Source of the DNA: Myxococcota bacterium
GTDB taxonomy: Bacteria > Myxococcota_C > UBA6777
DNA length: 47,173 nt
Assembly (NCBI GenBank): GCA_023150835.1
Contig: JAKLKB010000038.1
Span: forward strand, 1-47,173
Reading direction: 5' to 3'
Position 1 is the first letter of the stretch; the number at the start of each line of letters is the position of its first letter. This document shows, one piece after another, positions 27,491-36,346 of the stretch. Both the position numbers and the translations under genes were made by a program. A model generated the notes under the pieces. That model was not told where the DNA came from, ran no database searches, and was given only the letters and a program-made list of their open reading frames with translations.

Positions 27491-28263
27491 GGCTGTGTGC
27501 GAAGAGCAGGATAGCGTTTTACAAGTTCTTGAAAAGGATCTTTGCCAACCAACGTGACGATATCCTTGGCAGCTTCGATGGGATCGAGTACCAGCAACCC
27601 CACAGGCAACTGATGGCGCGTGCTGACTTTGGCTCCTGTCGCCAGCGTCTTCCATCCCTCAAAGCTCGCTTCGACCCCACCCACGGGGATGATCGACACC
27701 CACATCCACCACTTTTTCGGCAGACCCGCTTCGTCAAGCTCGTAAAGATAGCTATCCCCGGGCGTCACACCGCCGCTACTGAAAGTAACCAACAACATCT
27801 TCTTCCCGTCTTTTTGCACAACGCGACGTGTGACACTGCTTTCAAAGACTTTTTCCATCGGGTTCAGCCAATAACTATCGTTGCACCAAAACGCATACGC
27901 CGTACGCAAGAGCTTTTCCCGCTCGGCCCCCGACACTTCCTTGCCTGCGCGCAGAGCGATGCCCTTGGTGGGTTCCAACAGAGACAGCGTCACTTCGACC
28001 GCGCTGCTGCCTTGCCCCCAACCAACTTGGGCAAACCAACGCTTGCGATCCCATAGATGGCGGTTTTTCCCCCAAAACACCCATCGGATCGCCCCCGTTT
28101 CTTTCCATGCTTTGTCGTGGATCGCTTGCAGCATCTTGCGCGCAAGCTGCTCCGCTTCGGGACCTGTACGGCCTTGTGGCAACGCTCGATGAAACAACAC
28201 ATACACGCCGCCCACTCCTAACAACACCAACAACAGTAGCCCCAAACCGATCTTTTTGATCAT
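27487..28263 (-). CDS. Conserved hypothetical membrane-anchored protein
   Basis: N-terminal TM segment IGLGLLLLVLLGVGGVYVLF. Motifs AYAFWCNDSYWL, SGGVTPGDSY, WWMWVSIIPVGG. Confidence 0.75.
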   Translation of the reverse strand: MIKKIGLGLLLLVLLGVGGVYVLFHRALPQGRTGPEAEQLARKMLQAIHDKAWKETGAIRWVFWGKNRHLWDRKRWFAQVGWGQGSSAVEVTLSLLEPTKGIALRAGKEVSGAEREKLLRTAYAFWCNDSYWLNPMEKVFESSVTRRVVQKDGKKMLLVTFSSGGVTPGDSYLYELDEAGLPKKWWMWVSIIPVGGVEASFEGWKTLATGAKVSTRHQLPVGLLVLDPIEAAKDIVTLVGKDPFQELVKRYPALRTQP

Positions 28264-28410
28264 GCAGATCTGCTCCTTCTTTTCGCGATCTCCGTGATTG
28301 CCCATCGCAACCCAAAACCACCGCGCTGATCTCGTACCACATCAGAATGACTCGTCGATTGTTTTTTAGCGCGGATAGGTCGAAATAATGATAAAATTAA
28401 GCATTTTGGA

Positions 28411-28557
28411 GTTTTTGCGGGGCTTTGCCCCACACCCCGCCATAGGCTATCGCCCCTTGACCCCGTGAGGGGCGAAGAGAGCACAGGTTTTCCAACACAA
28501 CGGCTCTGTCGCTTGAAGTGTCGCGAACACGGCTTTTTTTGGCAACTGCGTCACTCC
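28411..28557 (-). mobile_element. Family B MITE-like copy
   Basis: ggggctttgccccacacccc..ccccttgaccccg..gcgaacacggcttttttggcaactgcg-like reverse complement of the 21011 copy. Confidence 0.75.
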
Positions 28558-28767
28558 GTTGAGAAGTTTCGAACTTTCGCATCCGCGCTCCGTAGTCGGG
28601 CAGGTCGACGAGCCATGACTTCGCTCGCCACCAACGAAAGGGTAGCCAAACGGTAAGGCGTCGGGAAACACGCGTGTTTTGTACAAAACACCACAGCAAA
28701 ACCAAAAAACTGAAAGACCCGATATCTGGGAGTTCGAATCTCTCCCCTTTCACTTTTTCTTCCTCCT

Positions 28768-28887
28768 GATAGGACTTACGCAGTTCGATACGAAAAAGGC
28801 CCATGTTCGGGCGCGGGCGGTTCGCGAACCGCCCCTACAAAGGGTTGATTCTTCACGGTTTCCCTCTTCAACTGCGTAACTCCTATC
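28768..28887. mobile_element. Short TIR element: family B termini enclosing a GTAG-type REP
   Basis: gataggacttacgcagtt ... aactgcgtaactcctatc (18-bp inverted repeat, 1 mismatch) around gggcggttcgcgaaccgcccctac. Confidence 0.75.
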
Positions 28888-28918
28888 CTGATCTTTTTCT
28901 GCGTTGCGTTGCAAAACA

Positions 28919-28947
28919 TTGACATTTTGTTTGGATGCGATTACACC
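28919..28947 (+). promoter_or_regulatory. Putative sigma70 promoter for prs
   Basis: TTGACA-N17-TACACC. Confidence 0.45.
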
Positions 28948-29027
28948 GCTGCATGAATCGGGCTTCAGCGAAAAATTTTGCGTGTTTGGATGCGGAAGCA
29001 AGAAGCGCGAAACACAAGGAGATGGTG

Positions 29028-29969
29028 ATGATCGGAGAGTTGAAGATCATATCAGGGAGCGCCCACCCCGAGCTGACGGCGGAGATCTGCAAGTATCTGG
29101 GGATGCAGCCAGGGGAGACGGAGAGAACGCGATTTTCCAACGAAAACATGATGATCCAGATCAAAGACAACGTGCGGGGACGAGATGTGTTTGTGGTACA
29201 GCCCTCGTGTGCTCCTGTCAGCGATGGGATCATCGAGTTGCTGATCACCTTGGATGCGCTGCGTTCGGCCTCTGCGGGTCGGATCACAGCGGTGATCCCG
29301 TATTTTCCGTATGTTCGTTCGGATAAAAAAGATCGTCCACGCATCTCGATCTCGGCGCGATTGATGGCGGATCTGCTCGAAACATCGGGAGCAGAGCGCG
29401 TATTGACGATGGATCTGCATGCACCCCAGATTCAAGGATTTTTCCGTGTTCCTGTGGATCAACTCAGCGCAGCACCGTTGCTTTGCGACCATCTGCGACG
29501 TCGAGACTTGACGAATACGGTGTTGGTGGCGGGAGATGTAGGCGAAGCGAAGGATGTGGGGGGCTTTGCACGCCGTCTTGGTCTGCCCGTTGCGATCATC
29601 GATAAGCGCCGTTATGACGACAGCGAGCGAGCGATCCCGACGCATCTTGTGGGCGAAGTAGCCGGGATGAACGCGATCATCGTGGACGACGAAGTGTCAA
29701 CGGGTGGAACACTCACCGAAGCAGCAGAGTATTTGATCCAAAAAGGCGCAAAGCGTGTCAGCGCGGTCGCAACACATCCGATCTTTGTCGGTCCAGCGAT
29801 CCAACGCATCGCAGACTCGCCACTTGAAGAAGTGATCGTCACCAACACCGTCCCCGTTCCTGAAAGCAAGCGCCATCCGAAGATCACCGTCCTCTCGATC
29901 GCCAGCTTTTTTGCCGAAGCCATCCGCCGCATCTATCACAACGAATCCGTCGGCGCGATGCTTGGTTAA
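29028..29969 (+). CDS. prs: Ribose-phosphate pyrophosphokinase
   Basis: FSNEN, VRGRDVFVVQ, VIPYFPYVRSDKK..R, MDLHAPQIQGFF, DKRR, IVDDEVSTGGTL. AGGAG RBS. Confidence 0.96.
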   Translation: MIGELKIISGSAHPELTAEICKYLGMQPGETERTRFSNENMMIQIKDNVRGRDVFVVQPSCAPVSDGIIELLITLDALRSASAGRITAVIPYFPYVRSDKKDRPRISISARLMADLLETSGAERVLTMDLHAPQIQGFFRVPVDQLSAAPLLCDHLRRRDLTNTVLVAGDVGEAKDVGGFARRLGLPVAIIDKRRYDDSERAIPTHLVGEVAGMNAIIVDDEVSTGGTLTEAAEYLIQKGAKRVSAVATHPIFVGPAIQRIADSPLEEVIVTNTVPVPESKRHPKITVLSIASFFAEAIRRIYHNESVGAMLG

Positions 29970-29984
29970 GTGACTGCTGCGTGA

Positions 29985-30569
29985 TTATTTGATGGGTTCA
30001 AAATAGAACCAATCGAGGGGCGTAGGGCCACCGTCGATCAAGACGCCGAACAAGCGCATCCGCGAGCGTTCGGTTAAGACGATGCGTTCGGGGTCTTTTT
30101 CATCGCGTGCGAGTTGGAAACACAAAAAGCCTTCAGCCCGTTGTTTGGGTCGGATCTCGCCCATTGGAAAGTAGTACTTGCCCCAATAGTCGACGGGTTG
30201 TTGTTTGGAGAGTTTGTGATAGTCCCGAACCATCGCCCGAAACGCTTCCTCACGGGCAACCTCTGTTCGTTTCATGGAATAGATACCGAGATGTTTGTTT
30301 TTTCCGATCTGCTTGCCCACAAATTGAATTTTGTGGGGGTCGATGTAGATCTTGGATTCGCCTTGCGTATTGTCGAGTTCAAAAACACCGCAAAAGATCG
30401 TCGGATCAACAAAAGTGCGTAATACCCGCAATCGAGAGCCACCCAACAAACTCATCTCTTGCATGGTGGGCTTGACTTCGCCCCATCCTGTCGTCTTGCA
30501 TCCTGCCCCCCAACACAACACACCGATCCACCACAAAAAACACCAACATCCAATGCGTTTTAGCCTCAC
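29985..30569 (-). CDS. Hypothetical lipoprotein
   Basis: GTG start with GAGGTGG RBS. RLKRIGCWCFLWWIGVLCWGAGC lipobox-like leader, then an Ig-like/beta-rich body. Confidence 0.65.
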   Translation of the reverse strand: MRLKRIGCWCFLWWIGVLCWGAGCKTTGWGEVKPTMQEMSLLGGSRLRVLRTFVDPTIFCGVFELDNTQGESKIYIDPHKIQFVGKQIGKNKHLGIYSMKRTEVAREEAFRAMVRDYHKLSKQQPVDYWGKYYFPMGEIRPKQRAEGFLCFQLARDEKDPERIVLTERSRMRLFGVLIDGGPTPLDWFYFEPIK

Positions 30570-30715
30570 CCTACCACCTCGCCTTGCTATAATTTGACAA
30601 GATTGCTGTAAAACTCTGCTAACACGCCCCCACATCTCTGTCAATTTTTTGTGGTGCGGGGGCGCTTTGTGTAGGGTATGGTTTTTCCAAACCCAAGCAC
30701 AAGGAGTTTGTTGCG

Positions 30716-31897
30716 ATGAGAGTTCGATACAAGACGAGATATGTTGCGGTAGGAGCGATGGGGGCTTTTCTTGCCCTTTGGGTGGGAAATCAAGCCATTG
30801 CCGAATCCGCGAATTGGACGATAGAGCAACACATTCGGGCACTGACAAAAAAAGATCCCACCGTTCGGATGAACGCAGCGAAAGCGCTAGGAAAGATGGG
30901 AAAGGCTGCCACATCGGCTATTTCTGCTCTTGTCCAACGGTTGGAGGACGAGGATCAGGATGTCCGTTATGAAGCGATCCACGCACTCGGCAAGATGGGA
31001 GAAGCGGCTTCTTTTGTGGCTCCTGCGTTGATCAAGATACTGAGCCACAACGATGACGATACACGGTCTTTTGCTGCCAGCGCGTTGAGTTGTATGGGAA
31101 GGAAGATCCTTCCTTTGCTTTTGAAAAGCTCGAAAGATCCGAATCCATGGATTCGTTCGCATGTCTTTGACGCTTTGGGGGGGATGGGAGCGATTGCGAT
31201 TCCAGCGCTCCCTTGGATGGTGCGCGCTCTGCGTGATCCATCCGAAGAAGTTCGCTCCTCCTCTGTTCGGGCATTAGGGGAGATGGGAGCGGCTGCCCTT
31301 CCTTCCGTTTCTGTAGTCATACAAGCCCTTCGCGATCCATCTGACGATGTTCGCTACTTTGCAGTCCAATCGTTAGGGAAAATGGGGGCCAGAACCGCTT
31401 CGGTACTCCCTGCATTGGCAAAAGCTTTAGAGGATTCTTCTGAAAGTGTTCGTCATGAAACAGCTTTCGTTTTAGGAGAGATGAGAAATTTTGCGGTTCC
31501 TCTCCTTTCTTTATTGATCCAAAAACTTCGCGATCCACATGAGCGTGTTCGCACCCAAGCAGCTTGGGCGCTGGAAAAGATCGGGGTAGAAGCGAGAGTT
31601 GCTATCTCTTTTTTAATACAAAACCTTGAAGACAAAGAGGCATCGGTGCGTGTTCGTGCTGCCTCCACGTTGCTCTCTTTTGGAAAAGCAAAGTTTGTTT
31701 TGCCTGTTCTGATCAAAGCACTTGATGACAATTACTGGCACACAGTTATCGAAGCAGCCGAAATATTGGGGAGGATGGGCGAAAAAGCGAAAAGCGCGAT
31801 TCCTGCGTTGGTGCTTGTTGCTCGGGGAGAAAACAGGTTGGTTCGAGACAGCGCAAGGAAAGCGCTCAAGAAGCTGGGCTATCGCGGCAAGGATTGA
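30716..31897 (+). CDS. HEAT/PBS-lyase-like repeat protein with N-terminal signal
   Basis: AAGGAG RBS. About 11 repeats of L..D....VR..A..ALG.MG..A...P.L. Confidence 0.9.
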   Translation: MRVRYKTRYVAVGAMGAFLALWVGNQAIAESANWTIEQHIRALTKKDPTVRMNAAKALGKMGKAATSAISALVQRLEDEDQDVRYEAIHALGKMGEAASFVAPALIKILSHNDDDTRSFAASALSCMGRKILPLLLKSSKDPNPWIRSHVFDALGGMGAIAIPALPWMVRALRDPSEEVRSSSVRALGEMGAAALPSVSVVIQALRDPSDDVRYFAVQSLGKMGARTASVLPALAKALEDSSESVRHETAFVLGEMRNFAVPLLSLLIQKLRDPHERVRTQAAWALEKIGVEARVAISFLIQNLEDKEASVRVRAASTLLSFGKAKFVLPVLIKALDDNYWHTVIEAAEILGRMGEKAKSAIPALVLVARGENRLVRDSARKALKKLGYRGKD

Positions 31898-32070
31898 GAA
31901 GAAGGCTCACGTTGTGTTTTGAGGTCTTTTTCGAAAAACGTGGTATCCTCGGGCTTCATGGCTTGTTTGCCCTTGACATGAGAGGTCTCAGAGGAACGTC
32001 TCGCGACATGACAGTTGAAGAAAACAACGAAAACTCGATGGGTTCGTTCAAAACAGATAGCGATGAAGAG

Positions 32071-32330
32071 GTCAGCGACGCAACAGAGATCGGGCAGGCA
32101 CACCTGTCTGCCCCTACAAAACACCGTGTGATTTCCAACACGTAGGGGCAACCCTGTGTACCTGCCCTCGCTGAGGTTGGTTTGAACGGACCCACTCGAT
32201 GTCACCGACGCAACAGAGATCGGGCAGGCACACCTGTCTGCCCCTACAAAACACCGTGTGATTTCCAACATGTAGGGGCAACCCTGTGTGCCTGCCCTAG
32301 CTGAGGTTGGTTTGAACGGACCCACTCGAT
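32071..32330. repeat. BIME-like module: two tandem 130-bp units, each with an inverted pair of GTAG-type REPs
   Basis: 32071-32200 is nearly identical to 32201-32330. Each contains gggcaggcacacctgtctgcccctac and gtaggggcaaccctgtgtRcctgccc. Confidence 0.9.
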
Positions 32331-32383
32331 CAAAAACGTCGCTCATGAGGTACCTTAGAAGACCTCAAAACACAACATGAGCC

Positions 32384-32695
32384 GAAAAGCAACCCCTTGG
32401 GTACCTCCTGCACTTGAAAAGCTACCCCGAAGGGTACCTTCTGCACTCGAAAAGCTACCCCGAAGGGTACCTCCTGCACTTGAAAAGCTACCCCTTGGGT
32501 ACCTTCTGCGCTCGAAAAGCAACCCCTTGGGTACCTCCTGCGCTTGAAAAGCAACCCCTTGGGTACCTCCTGCACTTGAAAAGCAACCCCTTGGGCTCCT
32601 TCTGCACTCGACAAGCTACCCCGAGGGCTCCTTCTGCACTCGACAAGCTACCCCGAGGACTCCTTCTGCGCTTGGACGGCTACCCCTCGGGTCAC
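32384..32695. repeat. Spacer-less tandem array of ~10 x 32-33 bp units
   Basis: Consensus gaaaagcWaccccttgggtacctYctgcactY. Unit starts at 32384, 32416, 32449, 32482, 32514, 32546, 32578, 32610, 32642, plus a partial unit. Confidence 0.92.
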
Positions 32696-32835
32696 TTTTG
32701 CGGGATGTGTGTTGTGGGGAGGTGTGTTTGATTGACTTGGGCATCGTGGTGTGTGACATTTTTTGGACGATGAAGCGTCAAGCGTGCCGCAGATTCGACG
32801 CTTTTCGCAACAACAAGCGCAGGAGTATCGTTAGC

Positions 32836-33906
32836 ATGGTCGCTCTTTATAGAGAACCAACTCTTGAAAATGTGGTGTTATCCACCCTCCCATACCAAGT
32901 GGAAAGAAGCCGCCTCCCGAGCAAAGCACAAGACCATCGCGCTCTCTTTTCGTCGAAAAGCCCACATATACGCGAGGGAGAGTCGTATCCAAAACAACCC
33001 TTGAGCAGTCAAGAGCTTTTGTTGCAAAAAACCTACGCAGCTCTCGATCTGGAGATCGAAAAAATCGTCTCCAGCAAGTCCGTAAGCGAATTGCACTCCA
33101 GCATGACGCAGGGACTCTCTGCATCGTTTGAGTATTCGGTGGCCTATGCAAAGTTTCTGTTATCCATCGACGAAGAGAGTGTCGTTGCTTTTCTAACCCC
33201 ACCGCCGTCGCTGGTAGAAGAAAAAGATTTCGCAGAACATCGAATGCCAGAGCGGTTTCGCCGCAGTGTTCTACAGACTTTCAAAAAAATGTTGGACAAC
33301 GCGAGTCTACAAATTCTCTACTTACAAAAAGTAGCCCAAGATCCGATCTCACCAAAGACAGCAAACCAACCCCAAGGCCACTTTTTGCGCTCTTTTATTG
33401 GGTACTCTTTGCGATCAGAGGAAGATTGGCGACGAGAGGTTCTTTCGTGGTCTCAGGGCGAAGTCCCAACACATCACCTCATGGCAAGTTCTCTTTCCTA
33501 CCAAATGGCTGTGTTGTCTTTTTTTAAGACGGATCGCTCTAATCTGGAGTATCCGCTTGCGGTAGTCGAAGAGATACACGCGCAAGCCGTCCGCCAAAGC
33601 CACACGAACACAAAAACGTTGGATTTCTTTTACAGACAAGTTTTTGCTGAACTTTTCATTCAAAAAGTTTCGGAGATTCCGTGCGTTCTTGGTGTTCTCA
33701 AAAATACCAAACACATCCAAACCGATTCGTTTTATGTCCGAGTAAAGCACGCTGCAACAGATGAAGAAATCGATCCGATCTATGATGCTGAAGCTGAGTA
33801 TCTGTTGCCGTTGAGGAATCCTCCAAAGATGGAGATCACTTTTTCTTCCGCAGACAAGTTTTCCCACTACTCGCCCGTATGGCAGCGCGAAGAGATTTCT
33901 TTATGA
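32836..33906 (+). CDS. Hypothetical protein, probable partner of the downstream HEPN protein (C-terminus possibly degenerate MNT-like)
   Basis: AGGAG RBS at 32821. AT-richer than flanking genes. C-terminal FYVRV....DEEIDPIYDAEAEYL..MEITF. ATGA overlap with the HEPN gene. Confidence 0.65.
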   Translation: MVALYREPTLENVVLSTLPYQVERSRLPSKAQDHRALFSSKSPHIREGESYPKQPLSSQELLLQKTYAALDLEIEKIVSSKSVSELHSSMTQGLSASFEYSVAYAKFLLSIDEESVVAFLTPPPSLVEEKDFAEHRMPERFRRSVLQTFKKMLDNASLQILYLQKVAQDPISPKTANQPQGHFLRSFIGYSLRSEEDWRREVLSWSQGEVPTHHLMASSLSYQMAVLSFFKTDRSNLEYPLAVVEEIHAQAVRQSHTNTKTLDFFYRQVFAELFIQKVSEIPCVLGVLKNTKHIQTDSFYVRVKHAATDEEIDPIYDAEAEYLLPLRNPPKMEITFSSADKFSHYSPVWQREEISL

Positions 33907-33981
33907 TCGCGGAAAAATACAGAGAAATCGCCCTTTGCAATGAACGCCTATTTGAAAGCCTTCACTCCCAAGCAACCTGCG

Positions 33982-34255
33982 GTCAACGACCCACCCCTAA
34001 AGGGGCGGGCTTGTGAAAGCAAGCCCAGTTGACCAGACGACAACAGAGGAAGTGGCGCAAGCCAAGTTGTTGTGAACGATAGAGAGCATGTAGAGACCCT
34101 CGGATGCCGCCTCAGTTCGGGGCCCTCTCGTGGCACTGTAAACATCTGCTTGGGTGAGCGGAAGTCAACCACAATGCGAAGGCTCTTCTATCCCGTCGAG
34201 AGGATGTCGGATTCTGTGCTTGCCTCAAAAAGCACAGATACGCACGACCTGAAAA
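33982..34255 (+). ncRNA. omegaRNA (HEARO-like) scaffold of IscB
   Basis: Structured region between the element end and iscB with characteristic segments cccagttgaccagac, accctcggatgccgcctcagttcggggccctc, ctgtaaaca and gtcgagagga. 3' limit approximate. Confidence 0.8.
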
Positions 34256-34266
34256 GGAAAAACGTC

Positions 34267-35502
34267 TTGTTCGTTTTTATTCAAAACCAACACGGAACTC
34301 CCTTGATGCCTTGTTCTCCGGCCAAGGCTCGCCGTCTGCTCAACGATGGCAAAGCCAAGGTACTGCGAAAAACCCCCTTTACGCTCAAGCTGTTGTATGG
34401 CAGTTCGGGATACAAACAGCCTGTAGTCGCGGGCATGGATGCGGGAACGCACACCCTTGGATGCGCGGCGGTCACGAACGGCCAAGTCGTGTATCAGTCG
34501 GAGGTCAAGCTCCGAACCGATGTCTCCAAAAAGATGCAGCAAAGGGCGGTGTATCGGCGGAATCGGCGAGGACGCAAAACCCGCTATCGCAAAGCTCGCT
34601 GGCGCAATCGTGCGAGTCTGCGCAAAAAAGGTCGGATTGCGCCGTCGGTGCGCTCGAAGATCGAGAGCCACTTGCGTGAGAAAAAGCAGGTGGAGTCCAT
34701 ACTTCCCGTGACGAGATGGAAAGTCGAGACCGCGAGTTTCGATATACACAAGCTCACGAACCCCGAAGTGTCGTCTTTGGGCTATCAGGAAGGCGCTCAA
34801 AAGGGATACTACAACGTGAAAGCGTACGTACTGGAGCGAGATGGGTATCGCTGCCAATCGGGGCGAAAAGCGGAACACGACAAGGTATTACAAGTGCATC
34901 ACAAGGTGTATCGCTGTCAGGGCGGGACAGATACGCCCGACAATCTCGTCACGTTGTGTCGAAGGTGTCACGAGGACTTGCACGCTGGGATGTTTGAACT
35001 CAAGGCAAAAAAAAGCAAAACCAAACACGCGACAGAGATGGGGATCGTGAAAGCGCAGTTGAAAAAACGTTGGAGGTTTGAAGAGACGTATGGCTACGAG
35101 ACGAAGTACAAGCGAGAACAGTGTTTGGGCTTGTCGAAGAGCCATGCCAACGATGCGGTGGCGATCTGCTGCGAAGAAGGAGAGACGGTGAAGTTGGACG
35201 AAGTGTTGTACTTGAAGCGGCATGTTTCGGCAGGGGATTACCAACAAACGATGGGCAGACATTCACAAACACGTATCCCCACAGGAAAACTGTTTGGGCT
35301 ACGCAAACACGACTTGGTCAGGACAGAAAAAGGCACAGGATGGGTCAAAGGCAAGCGCAGTACGGGCTTTTTCGTACTCGAAACCATCGACGGCCAAACC
35401 CTCACCACTTCCGTCAATGTCAAGAAGGCCACCACTCGGCTGGCCGCACGAACCACCACCCTCACAACACAAAGAAAGAGCGGCGCTTCCTCCCCCCTCT
35501 AA
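34267..35502 (+). CDS. iscB: RNA-guided endonuclease IscB
   Basis: TTG start after AAAAGGA. PLMP motif, RuvC-I GMDAG, Arg-rich bridge helix RRNRRGRKTRYRKARWRNR, RuvC-II VETASFD, HNH QVHH..GGTDTPDNLVTLCRRCH, RuvC-III SHANDAVAI. Confidence 0.97.
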   Translation: MFVFIQNQHGTPLMPCSPAKARRLLNDGKAKVLRKTPFTLKLLYGSSGYKQPVVAGMDAGTHTLGCAAVTNGQVVYQSEVKLRTDVSKKMQQRAVYRRNRRGRKTRYRKARWRNRASLRKKGRIAPSVRSKIESHLREKKQVESILPVTRWKVETASFDIHKLTNPEVSSLGYQEGAQKGYYNVKAYVLERDGYRCQSGRKAEHDKVLQVHHKVYRCQGGTDTPDNLVTLCRRCHEDLHAGMFELKAKKSKTKHATEMGIVKAQLKKRWRFEETYGYETKYKREQCLGLSKSHANDAVAICCEEGETVKLDEVLYLKRHVSAGDYQQTMGRHSQTRIPTGKLFGLRKHDLVRTEKGTGWVKGKRSTGFFVLETIDGQTLTTSVNVKKATTRLAARTTTLTTQRKSGASSPL

Positions 35503-35887
35503 AGAAGGGGGTCTCCGCGCCTTAAAAACGATGAAGATCGGCGGTGGGTGATTACGATCATGTTTTATGCCGCGCTTCACTGGGTGAATACTGTGATGGC
35601 AGTTTGCGGGATAGAAACCGACGAAGAAGGCAGCCATGCGCTGCGTTCTCGTTTTTTAAACGATCGAAACTTTGAGCTTATAGGGATCGCGAAAGCCTAC
35701 AGAAATCTGCTTTCCGCAAGCAAAGACGCAAGATACCGAGGCGAGACATTCACCGCGCAAGATGTGCAGTCAAGACGTTCATCTTACGACAAGATCAAAA
35801 GCACTTGCATTCAATGGACTCAGGATCACCCCCACCCCACAGATGCGCAGAAATTAGCAGCCCAAGCACTCTAGATCGTAATAGGAC

Positions 35888-36036
35888 AGGAGCCCCCGCA
35901 GTTGGCCAAAAAAACCCGTGTTCGCACCCGTCCAAGCGAGAGCGTCGTGGGTGTGAAAAACAGTGATCAGTTCGCCAACACGGGGTCAAGGGGACGCAGT
36001 TCCCTTGCGGGGCGTGGGGTGGAACCCCACAAAACC
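35888..36036 (+). mobile_element. Family B MITE-like copy
   Basis: cgcagttggccaaaaaaacccgtgttcgc..gccaacacggggtcaagggg..cccttgcggggcgtggggtggaaccccacaaaac. Confidence 0.75.
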
Positions 36037-36067
36037 AAAAGCCAGAAAAAGACGAGCGGATGGGGGC

Positions 36068-36319
36068 TCAAAAACCGAGGGCTTGTTGGAGGTGGGTATC
36101 GCAGAGGGCGCTGGGGTCGTTGGATTCTTGTTGTGCGAGGAGACAGGCTGGGCAGGAGTCGGCTTGGGCGTAGACTTTTTGATTTTTGATCTCTTGATCG
36201 AGGCCGCGCAATTGTTCGTGGGCATCGGCGCGAACGTGCTTTGCGGGATCCCAACCTGCTTTTTGCTTGAGGCGTTGGACATCCGAACCGAGGTGTTTGG
36301 GTGGTTTGTTGTGACTCAA
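36068..36319 (-). CDS. Small hypothetical protein with CxxC...CxxH putative Zn-binding C-terminus
   Basis: TTG start 5 nt after GGAGGA. 83 aa ending SCPACLLAQQESNDPSALCDTHLQQALGF. Confidence 0.6.
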   Translation of the reverse strand: MSHNKPPKHLGSDVQRLKQKAGWDPAKHVRADAHEQLRGLDQEIKNQKVYAQADSCPACLLAQQESNDPSALCDTHLQQALGF

Positions 36320-36346
36320 AGCGATCCTCCGATCTTTTCTTGTGTG

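Larger units (their letters stand above)
33982..35530 (+). mobile_element. Non-autonomous IS200/IS605-superfamily IscB (OMEGA) element
   Basis: Begins GTCAACGACCCACCCCTAAAGGGGCGGG and ends ..CCCCCTCTAAAGAAGGGGGTCTCCGCGCC..AAAAACG. Both ends carry CTAAAG-loop hairpins. No target duplication and no tnpA. Boundary ambiguous by 1 nt (G). Confidence 0.92.
33903..35874 (+). pseudogene. HEPN-domain gene interrupted by the IscB element (pieces 33903-33981 and 35531-35874)
   Basis: Joining the pieces gives an in-frame 140-aa ORF MIAEKYREIALCNERLFESLHSQATCDEDRRWVITIMFYAALHWVN..SHALRSRFL..YRNLLSASKDARY, with HEPN-like W.IT..FYAALH, SH..R and S..ARY motifs. Confidence 0.85.

Noticed and set aside
32384-32695. 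CRISPR array
   Set aside because: Units are directly adjacent with no unique spacers, and no cas genes are in the window.
34072-34266. N-terminal extension of IscB in the ORF track
   Set aside because: It overlaps the omegaRNA; IscB proteins start just before the PLMP motif, and an RBS precedes the TTG at 34267.
34267-35502. Cas9 or TnpB
   Set aside because: The PLMP domain, small size, HNH insertion and upstream omegaRNA identify IscB; there is no REC lobe or CRISPR array.
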